Both the position numbers and the translations under genes were made by a program. A stretch of 64,000 nucleotides of DNA from a virus. Its lineage: Duplodnaviria > Caudoviricetes. The stretch lies in IMG/VR virus record IMGVR_UViG_3300042009_000023, positions 1 through 64,000 of that record. The stretch is one strand, 5' to 3'. Below, piece after piece: positions 10,056 to 19,574 of the stretch. Under the pieces are notes generated by a model. That model was not told the DNA's origin, made no database searches, and was given only the letters and a program-made list of their open reading frames with translations. The first letter of the stretch is position 1. Every line of letters starts with the position of its first letter.

Positions 10056-10184
10056 TTAGTTTTCGTAATAACCTAGCTCATCTTCTGGATACGGTCCGTC
10101 CCATTCTTCTGGTTCAGCCTCCCAGTCTTCCGTGTCTTCATCTTCAGGCATATCTTTATCTAACCAGCGATCATATGCAGTCAT
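10056..10184 (-). CDS. acidic microprotein (42 aa)
   Basis: Manual ORF MTAYDRWLDKDMPEDEDTEDWEAEPEEWDGPYPEDELGYYEN; GAGG RBS; fills the gap between the MTase and the 9746-10045 gene. Confidence 0.65.
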   Translation of the reverse strand: MTAYDRWLDKDMPEDEDTEDWEAEPEEWDGPYPEDELGYYEN

Positions 10185-11235
10185 GGCCAAGTGCCTCTAC
10201 AACTGCTGAATAAATATCCTCTCCAAGCATATGACTAGCCCCTACTGCATCATGGTCAATCCAATTACCAATTGTTGAAGTTTCTTCTTGCTCATCATTA
10301 GTATATTCTACAAATTGATTCAAGTTAATCTCCTTAAGACCTTTAAAAATATGTACGATAACATCCGCAGTCCACCCATTCCCCAAGACAGCACAAGCTT
10401 GATTGTAACTTAGGCAGCTAGTATATCCAATTGGAACAGTTTGTGCGGCTTCTAGTTCTCGTTGAGTTAAGAATCTACAAAAATCCTCGTACTCGACCAA
10501 TCCACTATTGGGGCAACGATCTTGCTTTGTTGTGAGGCAATAAACTTTATCTGCATTGGTGACATTAGCACAAGACTGAACACCATTATTTCCCTTACCT
10601 TCCCCCCACATACGAAGCCTAGAGGGAGTTGGATTAAGTTTGTACTTACTCAAATCCCCACTCTCTTTATAATCTTGGAAAGAAATTCCTTTATCTTCCG
10701 GTACAACTACTAGTAAGTTTGTCCAATAGTATCTTGCACGTTTTTGAAAACTAACTAAGTCAGAGTTGATGTAGATACCCTCTACACCTAAATAATTATC
10801 AAGTTGCTCCTTACTTTCTCTTTTCATCTTAACATTTTCAAGTAGGAACTTCAATCTTGGATTACCTAACTCTATTTCCTTTTTAATGCGAAGATAATGG
10901 TAGAACAAACCGCTCTTTGTACCTTCCAAGCCTTGGGGTGTTGTGCCGTGCTGACCGAAAGCTTTAGCCGTGCTGAAATCCTGGCAGGGACTTCCTCCAA
11001 TCAGCAAGTCAATACGACCCACTTCAAAATCCCCATTCTCTGTGTACAAGATACCATCAGAGTAACTTACTTTAGTTACGTCTCCAATATGAGTAACGTC
11101 ATCCCAGTTTACCTTGCTAACTTTGATTGCGTGCTTATCAATTTCAGAGGCTAGGTATTGTGAAGGGGTGATGCCCAACTTCTGTAAAGCAATACGTCCC
11201 ACAGACATACCATCAAACAAGCTAAGTACTTTCAA
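10171..11235 (-). CDS. DNA (cytosine-5)-methyltransferase
   Basis: Motifs LFDGMSVG, EID, GGSPCQDFS, ENV, and GNGW near the C-terminus. Confidence 0.92.
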   Translation of the reverse strand: MKVLSLFDGMSVGRIALQKLGITPSQYLASEIDKHAIKVSKVNWDDVTHIGDVTKVSYSDGILYTENGDFEVGRIDLLIGGSPCQDFSTAKAFGQHGTTPQGLEGTKSGLFYHYLRIKKEIELGNPRLKFLLENVKMKRESKEQLDNYLGVEGIYINSDLVSFQKRARYYWTNLLVVVPEDKGISFQDYKESGDLSKYKLNPTPSRLRMWGEGKGNNGVQSCANVTNADKVYCLTTKQDRCPNSGLVEYEDFCRFLTQRELEAAQTVPIGYTSCLSYNQACAVLGNGWTADVIVHIFKGLKEINLNQFVEYTNDEQEETSTIGNWIDHDAVGASHMLGEDIYSAVVEALGHDCI

Positions 11236-11259
11236 ACTTTTTCTCCTAATTAAACTATG

Positions 11260-12103
11260 TTATTCTACGCTATTCTCTTCAACATAAAAAGAAATCCCAC
11301 AAAGATTACCACTATCGAACATCTCAACAACACTTGAACTTATAAATGCTTGTGCTTTCTCAGATGTGCTGAAAACACCTACGTTTGATCTGTGACCAAA
11401 GGATGATGAAAAATCATCAACTTTAATTACTGTAAATACGCTCATAATGTTTCTCCCATTAATCGATAAAGTTTGACAACAAGTCTTGCTCTAGCCACCA
11501 CTCAGGTTCAATATCCAAGTTGTGTTCTTGGATATTTAGAAAGTCTTCATGGTGATCTTCTAGTTCAAGTAGTGAGTCAAAGATGTTCATTACTCCTCCT
11601 CAGAAGTTTCACCAGCAGCTTTCTCAAGTTCTTCTTGATATTCTTGTGTTAGTTCTGCAATTTCATCATAACTCAGCATGGTATTTCTCCTTATCGTTCA
11701 ATACTAAAGCGTGCACCATCTTTGCACTTAATTATGTAGTTTGAAACATCTACCCTTGCAGTATCAATGCCCTTATTGGCTGAGCATGTTTCGTTAAGAA
11801 CTTTAACTGTTTGATTTGCATCAAGAGTAAAGATCGTTGACATAACAGTTGCAAATACAGCGAACACAATTAGAAATATATAATCCATAACATTCTCCTT
11901 TAAATTAAATAATTGCCTTTAGGAATATCCAAACCACGTTCTTTGTATTCTTGGCAGATTTCTTTGTATGTTGCTTGACAAGCATAACGAGGTTTAGTTT
12001 CAGCTTTATAACTGTCTCCTTCGGCACTATTGAAGTAGCTCAAGCTTGCAGCAGTGTCATGGTAGACAAGTTCAAGGTCTTTTATAGTGAGTTGTGAATA
12101 CAT
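11260..12103 (-). CDS. small genes 11260-11445, 11459-11590 (acidic, 43 aa), 11590-11679 (acidic, 29 aa), 11691-11888 (membrane), 11900-12103
   Basis: ORF track plus manual translation of the two sub-60-aa ORFs, which are joined by a TAATG overlap and preceded by GGAG RBSs. Confidence 0.6.
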
Positions 12104-12122
12104 TTTAATCTCTCCTTTGTTT

Positions 12123-12161
12123 ATGTGCTGTCAGTGTAGACCAGCACATGGTGGGTGTCAA
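12123..12161 (-). promoter_or_regulatory. sigma70 promoter with an inverted repeat straddling the -10 box
   Basis: TTGACA-17 nt-TACACT; ATGTGCTG (12123-12130) and CAGCACAT (12142-12149). Confidence 0.7.
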
Positions 12162-12164
12162 TGA

Positions 12165-12920
12165 TTATTCAGTTTTCTCTACAATTTTCTTTGAAGCTTT
12201 AGCTGATTTTGCAGCGGATGCTTTCATTTTCTTATCATATGCAACCAAAGCAGCGTCAACTTTTTCTTGGATGAGGAGTTCTAAGTCGAATTCTTCAATA
12301 TCTTCGAAATCATCTGATGGCACTCCACACTCTGTACAACCTTCCTTACCACAACCTCGTTCCTGACGTGCCTCAAACATTACATCCAATCGTTCACCAA
12401 TTTCCACATGGTTCAACCAAATTTCGCGGCCATGTTTCAAATCTTCCAAGTCTTTTGGAGAGAGGAAGTCCCGGTACACATCATCCATAATGGATTCTGC
12501 ATGCTTACCAACAAAGTCTACATGGTCCCGGACATTTTGTACAGAGCCCCCGCTACCGAACGCTGCGGAATGGCACATCATGGTTGCATAAGGTTTAACT
12601 TCAATAGCCGGACAACTTAGAGCGATCAAAGAGGCTGCTGAATATGCCTCAGCTTCAATAATAGCAATGACATCAGCTTGACAATTTTCAATACAATTTT
12701 TGAAGATTGAGGCTGAGTTCATATTGCCTCCCGGTGATGAGATGTAGATTCGCACCAAATCACCTTGCTGAGCACTACGCAGTACTTGAAAAGCTTGTCG
12801 ATAATAGGTAGGATCTTTAATTTCTTCGTCCAGATAAATATCAAAAGCATTGTAAGTTGTACTTGATTGGCTTACTTCACATTGATCTTTGAACATCGGA
12901 ATCAGGCTATCATTACTCAT
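12165..12920 (-). CDS. ClpP-like serine protease with a Cys/acidic/basic C-terminal tail
   Basis: IYISSPGG, AYSAASLI (catalytic Ser) and MMCHS (His) motifs. Confidence 0.8.
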   Translation of the reverse strand: MSNDSLIPMFKDQCEVSQSSTTYNAFDIYLDEEIKDPTYYRQAFQVLRSAQQGDLVRIYISSPGGNMNSASIFKNCIENCQADVIAIIEAEAYSAASLIALSCPAIEVKPYATMMCHSAAFGSGGSVQNVRDHVDFVGKHAESIMDDVYRDFLSPKDLEDLKHGREIWLNHVEIGERLDVMFEARQERGCGKEGCTECGVPSDDFEDIEEFDLELLIQEKVDAALVAYDKKMKASAAKSAKASKKIVEKTE

Positions 12921-12923
12921 AAG

Positions 12924-13748
12924 TTACTCCTTGGTGAATCCATAAAGTTCAATTTCGGCTTGTTCTCTGGCTTTGCAAGCATCTTCGAAAGAAGGTCCAT
13001 AATAAACAATAGTTTTCTTATCGTCTTTTGAAATCCTTGCCTCCCATACACCCCTTTCTTCACGCCATCTAACACCCGTCCTACCTGATGTGTTTGTACT
13101 TTTCATTCGCTGGTCAAAGCTTTGAACTGAATAAGTAGCCCACTCGCAAGTTTCTGGGGAATAAATCTTTGATCCGTTAATCCTATTTAAACTTGTTCCC
13201 TCTGGACGCTCTCCCATGTCTTCAAAGAAGTTATCAAAGCTTCCACCTTTCCGAGTATCCCAACTATCACAGACACTTACATCCCCATGCCACTCATAGT
13301 ACTCTTCGTATCTGGTGCGGTCTTGCATCTTACGCCAAGATTGATGCGTTGGTGTTCCGCTATATGGGTGGCCGTCTAGTAGACATCCGCAGCTTTGAAT
13401 GTGGCCGAAATTAAAGTTCCCAATAGTTACTTTAGTAGTCTGGCCACATTCACATAAGCATTCCCAATAAAAATCACCATTCGGACTCTTTTCTAGACTT
13501 CTTACTGCTGTAAGTCTGCCAGAGACATTCCCAGTAATGTCTTTAGGAGTTCCTTTCCATTTTTCACACCCGCAACTCTTAGTGTTCCCGTTTCTAAGAT
13601 AAATAATCTTCTTAACGGTTGTATTTCCACATTCACAAAGAAGTTCAGCTTGACGATAGTTAATATTATTGTGACGTAGAACTTCAACCTCACGAATAAC
13701 GGTCAACTTACCAAACTTATCTCCTTCTGTAATAGTAACTTTGGACAA
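12924..13748 (-). CDS. HNH homing endonuclease with AP2-like C-terminal domain
   Basis: Two FG.L...C.C.CG...SCGC repeats, RPEGTSLNRIN.....YSPETCEWAT (degenerate HNH), and NTSGRTGVRW AP2-like tail. Confidence 0.8.
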   Translation of the reverse strand: MSKVTITEGDKFGKLTVIREVEVLRHNNINYRQAELLCECGNTTVKKIIYLRNGNTKSCGCEKWKGTPKDITGNVSGRLTAVRSLEKSPNGDFYWECLCECGQTTKVTIGNFNFGHIQSCGCLLDGHPYSGTPTHQSWRKMQDRTRYEEYYEWHGDVSVCDSWDTRKGGSFDNFFEDMGERPEGTSLNRINGSKIYSPETCEWATYSVQSFDQRMKSTNTSGRTGVRWREERGVWEARISKDDKKTIVYYGPSFEDACKAREQAEIELYGFTKE

Positions 13749-13750
13749 AA

Positions 13751-14548
13751 CTATTCTCCTTTCTCTTCCTTACGATATGCGATGATCCAGTCTTTACACT
13801 GTTTACTCCTCACAATATCGTTAATGTTATCAAAATCCACAAAACCAACATCTAGGTGCGGGTGTTTCTGCACCATATCTGTCAAGTGTCGCAGACCACT
13901 ACGCTCATTTAGCTCGCTCTGACCAACATCACCGGCAAGAATAAGTTTGCAGTTTTTCCCTTGGCGAGTTACCAATTTCTTGGCTTCGTCCCGAGAAACG
14001 TCTTCTGCTTCATCTACAATAAACCAGCAATTCTCGGCACTGAATCCTTTGATGGTTTCGAGCGGGAGGAACACAATTTGCCCGTGTTTCAAAGCAATCT
14101 CAAGTGCAGCTACACCAATACGCTCATTCAGGATAGACAGAACAGGGGCAAGCCAATTTGCCATCTTCTCTTCAGCAGAACCTTTGAACATACCCAATGA
14201 TTTACTGTTAGAAATGTTTGGGCGACTAAAAATGATACGGTCGATCTTACCCAAGCGGAACAAATCACAGGCCATCATAGTTGGAATGAAGGTCTTCGAT
14301 GTGCCCGGAAGTCCAGTGGCTATTACCATATCCTTTTCAATAAGCAACCGAATGTACTCAGCTTGCTTTTCATTCATCGGCTTAAGTGGTGACAACTTCT
14401 GAACGTGTTCCCGCTCCTCTTTAAACTTTGTGGTGCTGACTGTTGCTTCTGGTTTCCCACCCTGCCTTGTGCGACGAGTCTTTTTACGGGGCTGAATCAC
14501 TTCAACACCATCTACTACTTCGATGAAACCGCGAGCATGACCACCCAT
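13751..14548 (-). CDS. phoH: PhoH-family ATPase
   Basis: P.NEKQ, GLPGTSKT (Walker A variant), IVDEAED, GDVGQSEL. Confidence 0.9.
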   Translation of the reverse strand: MGGHARGFIEVVDGVEVIQPRKKTRRTRQGGKPEATVSTTKFKEEREHVQKLSPLKPMNEKQAEYIRLLIEKDMVIATGLPGTSKTFIPTMMACDLFRLGKIDRIIFSRPNISNSKSLGMFKGSAEEKMANWLAPVLSILNERIGVAALEIALKHGQIVFLPLETIKGFSAENCWFIVDEAEDVSRDEAKKLVTRQGKNCKLILAGDVGQSELNERSGLRHLTDMVQKHPHLDVGFVDFDNINDIVRSKQCKDWIIAYRKEEKGE

Positions 14549-14661
14549 ATTTGTATTTCCTTTCGTTATTTAATATTAACAACCCTTTCTCTACCACCCT
14601 TCACATCCCAACAACCCTAGCATCCCACACTTCAATCACGTTTGCAAGCTTTTCTAAACAA

Positions 14662-15279
14662 TTATTCAGTCTCCCCATTAAACACATTAAACTCCTCATA
14701 TACCACCCAAGCTCCCTCATCTACAGGCCCGTCGCTGTCAATACAATAAGCTCCGGCTTTAAAATACATAAGATATTGCTGCCAAGCATCATCCACTTTC
14801 ACAGTATAATACGCACCATTGAGTAGAACATGCAACACTCCAGACTCATCCACCTCAACACTGTACCAGAACGATTGTCCTAGACTGCAAGGAATCGACA
14901 ACACTTTACTTGCGTTGCCAGAAGGCGTAGCCCTAACATCAACCCTAGCATACCCATTCCACCACGTCACCATTAAGAATGGAACTGATGTACCGTGAAT
15001 CTGTCCTACAATAACCTTACCACTACTTGGTGCCAATTCTACACGAACAGCTCCTGACATGCTATGGCTAGCAGTACCAACTAACCAATTATAAGGTTCA
15101 CCAGAATTAGGCCATGTTTCCCTACCTTCTGTACGAGGGCTTGAGCTAGTTCCAGAAGTATCCCCTTGGACAGAACACCAATAGTTTGTATGTCCTTTTG
15201 GATCTACCCACACTAGATTGCTAGGTGGTTTCTCGGGGTACTTGTAAACAATCCCATGTGCTGTAATACTACCGAACAT
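14662..15279 (-). CDS. polysaccharide lyase family 7 (alginate lyase)
   Basis: All three PL7 signature regions are present: PRTEGRE, VGQIH and YFKAGAY. Confidence 0.85.
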   Translation of the reverse strand: MFGSITAHGIVYKYPEKPPSNLVWVDPKGHTNYWCSVQGDTSGTSSSPRTEGRETWPNSGEPYNWLVGTASHSMSGAVRVELAPSSGKVIVGQIHGTSVPFLMVTWWNGYARVDVRATPSGNASKVLSIPCSLGQSFWYSVEVDESGVLHVLLNGAYYTVKVDDAWQQYLMYFKAGAYCIDSDGPVDEGAWVVYEEFNVFNGETE

Positions 15280-17469
15280 CTATTTCTTCTCCCTGTCCAA
15301 CTCGTCCAAACTATTACTCATCCCAATATTCAATGTCTCCTTCTCAGGATCAGTTGTAGCAATGATTGCACGAAGCTTATGCATATAACCCATTAGAGGA
15401 CTTTCATGATGCACATACTCAAGGCGTTCATGAATCCATTTTAGAAAATCTCTGTCTTTCATTTACCCTCCTTTACAACTTTCAAAGTATTCTCAGCAGC
15501 TTTCAACGCTTCCTTAGCTTTAGCTACAGACTCTTTTGCTGCGATTTCTTCTTTTGATGGCTTATGTACAAGAATTACCTCCTGAAGTTGGTACTCATAG
15601 ACAAAAGCTGCACTGTTCGGCCAATAGTGGCCTTGTGTGATACTCTCACTAATAACATAGTACAACTTTTCTTCTTCTCCGATTTTAATTTTAACCGGAT
15701 TAGCTTGACTATTGTTATGATAATTAAGCCGGGTAAGCGTACTGTAAGACATTCCTAGTTGTTTCATTTCTTCTCCTCCAATTCCAAACACTCATTAAGT
15801 TCCTTCAGCATACTCTTCCCCTTCAAAACGTTCTGCATCTTACCACACACCCTCTCATAGTATCCACGTTCTTCCAAAGTTTTATTCAACAAATAATACA
15901 ATACATCTGCATAATGTGCTTGGTTGATGTTAGGGTCTAGTAATACTGACTGGATAGTACCAGAGAGCCCTTCAGGATCAAGCTGTCGTAATTTGTTCTT
16001 CTCGGCCTCTTTCATGCTTTATCTGCTCTTGCACTAGCTTTTACATTATGAATTAAAGAATCATAATGGACTAGCGTACAGAATTCACTGTTTATGAACA
16101 CCTCAAAGCCTTCCGTATCCACCCAGTGAGCTTCATTACCGTCCACTACAAGGTGTGTATTTTTAATCTCGTGTTTCCTATCACCATAGGTGTCTTGGTT
16201 TTTGATCTTTACACCAAATGCATCAAGGAACCTAAACAGTGGAGCCGCATCTACCCAGTGCTTATTGAAAACAGCAATACCAACCCTCATACCAGATCAC
16301 TCCCAGCAATCACAGATTTCTTAAGCTCTTTAGTAGAGCTTACCCCATCAAAGCTGGCTGTCAAGATAAATCCTAATCCCGGCTCACCATAATTCGTGCC
16401 GTAACCACTTTCAAACTGTGTAGCCTCTGCGCTCGCAGTATATTTATCAAACACAACCCTCAATTCAGCTAAAAAGTTATTCATGACAGCTTGCTGTTCC
16501 TCCTGATTGGCTTGTTCAATAGCTGCGTTAGCCCATTCCATAACATCAACCAAGTAACTGTGGGCATCATCAAGGATTCCACCTTGTGTATTTTGTGGAT
16601 CTGCAAAAAGGGCTAATTCTTCCAGAGTAGCAACTGCTGACATGGCAGTAACTGCTTGATCCTTTACGTCTTGAAACTTCTGCTTGTCAATCATGACTCT
16701 CTCCTTTTGATTTATCTTCTATTTTGTAGCACACGTATTCTTTCCCGTCAGGACTCATTAGTGTAATCCTTGTGACGTTCCCATTGGTGATGAGGTATTT
16801 CAGTTGCTTTCTTATGCTGCGTTTGTAAAAGTAGGCTTTTATTCTTGTTAGCATGGCTAGAATCTCCTAAAAGCTGCCCTGTGTACTGATAGGGTCAGTA
16901 TAGCTCCTTAGAATCGTTCCGTAAAGCTCTTTTCATGCGTAAAATGTGATGCTCTCAGCGTGATTAGCTTGTAGGGAGTGTGGTAGTGACGGGTAAGCCT
17001 CAATCATCCCCACAATATCCCTCAAATTCCCCATCTCCAATAACATCCACATATGGCTCTGGATAGTGGTCCAGAAGATACAGTTCGTCAATGTGTAATT
17101 TCAAATCATCGTAGGCTTGTTGAGCTGTCTCGTATGGTCCCATGATTATTTCTAGGTTATCGAAGATGTAATATTGTTTCATTTGATGAAATCAATACTC
17201 TGTCTAGCCGCACAAGGCCCACTATGACCTTCTTCCCTAGAGCACACCCAACCATCGGGAGGAACTTTACAAGTATTCTCTAGCATATTCAAGAGACACA
17301 GTAAATCTTCTTTTGTGAGGATAGTTTCTTCTATAGGCCCAGCATATTCAATGTGAAGCTTACCTGAGTCTGTCCAGACAGCATGGATGTCTCTGTCGTA
17401 CATTTGGTGGTAGGTCATTTGTCTTCCTCCTTTGTTTAATTTATGTGACCATCTTACCGCAAGGATCAA
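15280..17469 (-). CDS. run of hypothetical genes (15280-15462, 15459-~15765, 15764-16015, 16012-16290, 16287-16694, 17000-17182, 17179-17469)
   Basis: Co-oriented coupled ORFs without a recognisable domain. Confidence 0.65.
16884..16925 (-). promoter_or_regulatory. sigma70-like promoter with inverted repeat TACTGA-N5-TCAGTA overlapping the -10 box
   Basis: TTTACG-17 nt-TATACT on the minus strand. Confidence 0.55.
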
Positions 17470-17525
17470 AGGAAATCAAGAGCTATTTAGATTTTGTTGG
17501 AATAGAGGATGTTTCTGATTGGGGG

Positions 17526-17555
17526 TTGACAGTATGCTGATGTAGGGTGTACTCT
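17526..17555 (+). promoter_or_regulatory. sigma70-type promoter at the strand-switch point
   Basis: TTGACA-18 nt-TACTCT upstream of gene 17720. Confidence 0.55.
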
Positions 17556-17616
17556 TGTGGGAATGAATTAGGTACGAAATAGAGAAAGTACCGAGTAGAA
17601 TGAGGACAAACCCTTA

Positions 17617-17634
17617 TAAACCGTGGCCTGTAGA
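17617..17634 (+). repeat. 18-bp motif TAAACCGTGGCCTGTAGA; second copy (17/18) on the minus strand at 51608-51625
   Basis: The reverse complement of 51608-51625 is TAAACCGTGGCTTGTAGA. Confidence 0.8.
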
Positions 17635-17719
17635 GGAGAACATGTAATACAATACATCTACCTACTACTAACCTCTATCTCTAATACTATCTACAACCAA
17701 TCATAAGGAGAACAAGTGA

Positions 17720-19081
17720 TTGATCTATGAATTAAGTAACATGACAGAACATCAGACTTACTCTGTTAACCTTGGGTGTGTAAGAAGCTATATCTATTAC
17801 CATGAATCTAAATACTATAAGAAGATAGTAGATCAAGTGATGGAGCATACCAACTATAAATGGGAAGATGCAGTGAGATGGTGGGTGTCTAACTCTGCTC
17901 GTGCTGTCAAGAAGAATGCTAAAGGCATTGTCTTCAGTCTTGACATGCATGCGTACACTAAGTCAAAGCAAGGTATTGGATACAGGAAAGTTAAATCTCT
18001 TGTTGACTTCCTTGAATCTAAGGGTTATATTGATCTTTATAAAGGCTATGTAAAGTCTTGGAAGATGAATAAGGGAGTTCTGGTTCCAGATGAATCTGTG
18101 CCTTCGTGTATGATATTTAAAAAGAGGACAGAAGAGATGTGGATGAGTGTTAATACGTCCTACAATCTATGGAGAGAGCTTGAAGATAACGATCTAGCTA
18201 TCATCCGTGATCGTGAAACAAAAGAAATGATGCCTACACGAGGTCATAAAGGATTTAAAGATATTAAGAGTGAGGTTAAGAGTATGAATGATATGTTGGC
18301 TGGTGCAGCAATCACTTTTGATGGTCGTCCGATTGCTGATGTTGCATACCGTCGAATCTTTAGTGGTGATCTGGAAAGTGGTGGTCGTCTCTACACACTA
18401 GGTGGTGGTGTTCAGCTACTACCCCAACACATCAGAGCATCTTCTTTAAGGATTGATGGTGAACCAGTTGTGGAATTGGATTACTCATCTATCCACCCAA
18501 GTATCTGCTACCAGATGATGTATAATACAGATGGGTTTAGTATCTTTGACGTAATGGGAGAAGATTTCTCTCCCTACGGTGCAGACCTTTCATTCATCAA
18601 GGTTGATGGTCGTATGAAAGAACAATGGGAGTCTGTTACAGGTAAGGTTCATAATCCTGTACGTCAGTTAGCTAAGTTAGCTATTCTAATCGGTATGAAT
18701 TCTAATGACAAGAATAGTGCAGCTTGGACATTAGGCAATAAAGTCAAGATTGATCGTGCTCAGAATAGTATTGAAGATCAAGAGTTTTACGCAATGGTCG
18801 GTAATATTGATTATTCATCTGTACTTGAAGCTGTACAAAGCCATAATGATTTCATTGCAGAGCACTTCTTTTCAGATGCCGGTATCACGCTACAAAACAT
18901 TGACAGTAAGATTATGATGCGTATTGTTGGTGCAATGGGGGCTAAGGGACATACCGTATTAGCTTATCACGATAGTTGTTTGGTTAAAGCTTCTGCTGAA
19001 GATGATTTGCGAGAAGCTATGTTTAGCGCGTGGAAAACCGTATTAGGTGATACAACATTTTGTAAGGTGGATAAGAAATAA
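17720..19081 (+). CDS. divergent PolA/T7-RNAP-superfamily polymerase-like protein
   Basis: RRIF.....GGRLY, ELDYSSIHP (motif A-like), RQLAKLAI (motif B-like), LQNIDSKI and AYHDS (motif C-like); much shorter than T7 RNAP. Confidence 0.6.
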   Translation: MIYELSNMTEHQTYSVNLGCVRSYIYYHESKYYKKIVDQVMEHTNYKWEDAVRWWVSNSARAVKKNAKGIVFSLDMHAYTKSKQGIGYRKVKSLVDFLESKGYIDLYKGYVKSWKMNKGVLVPDESVPSCMIFKKRTEEMWMSVNTSYNLWRELEDNDLAIIRDRETKEMMPTRGHKGFKDIKSEVKSMNDMLAGAAITFDGRPIADVAYRRIFSGDLESGGRLYTLGGGVQLLPQHIRASSLRIDGEPVVELDYSSIHPSICYQMMYNTDGFSIFDVMGEDFSPYGADLSFIKVDGRMKEQWESVTGKVHNPVRQLAKLAILIGMNSNDKNSAAWTLGNKVKIDRAQNSIEDQEFYAMVGNIDYSSVLEAVQSHNDFIAEHFFSDAGITLQNIDSKIMMRIVGAMGAKGHTVLAYHDSCLVKASAEDDLREAMFSAWKTVLGDTTFCKVDKK

Positions 19082-19100
19082 TATTTATTTTCTTCCTCTA

Positions 19101-19130
19101 TTGACAAACAGCAACTAACTAGTTCATACT
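19101..19130 (+). promoter_or_regulatory. sigma70-type promoter
   Basis: TTGACA-18 nt-CATACT. Confidence 0.55.
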
Positions 19131-19189
19131 AGATTTTCAACTTAAGGAATCAAGAGAGGATTCCTAATAAATAATTTAGGAATCCAATC

Positions 19190-19399
19190 ATGAGCACACG
19201 GTGTAAAGCTTGTAACTCAAGCCTCAGTAAATTTGATTTTACAGTTAATAAAAGCGACACACTACCAGAGCCCGAAGACCTTTGTTCAGTATGTCGTGGA
19301 GTTTCATATAATGATGAATACATGGTTGTCCGAGAATACCAGCATGAGTATTTGACAGAGAATTGGGTTAATTTCGCATTGTATGAAGAAAACAGTTGA
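19190..19399 (+). CDS. small zinc-finger protein
   Basis: CKAC...CSVC pairs. Confidence 0.65.
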   Translation: MSTRCKACNSSLSKFDFTVNKSDTLPEPEDLCSVCRGVSYNDEYMVVREYQHEYLTENWVNFALYEENS

Positions 19400-19424
19400 A
19401 TTGTATACAATACTAGTGTATAAT
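19396..19424 (+). promoter_or_regulatory. strong sigma70 promoter for the tRNA/ncRNA region
   Basis: TTGAAT-17 nt-TATAAT; no ORF follows for about 490 nt. Confidence 0.75.
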
Positions 19425-19574
19425 TATCACATAGCCATGCTCAGTATGGTTTTGGATTAAAAGATGTTCGGCCTTTGAGCACCTAAAAATAGGATGACGA
19501 TCCTTAAAGTCTTCGTAGAATTAAACACGCCTCTTAACAATGCTCAAATCTGTTTACACGGAGCAATGAATTTA

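Noticed and set aside
19435-19560. Additional tRNAs upstream of tRNA-Thr
   Set aside because: Hairpins exist (TGCTCA..TGAGCA, AGGAT-GACG-ATCCT) but no cloverleaf of the right length with a T loop and anticodon arm; treated as structured leader.
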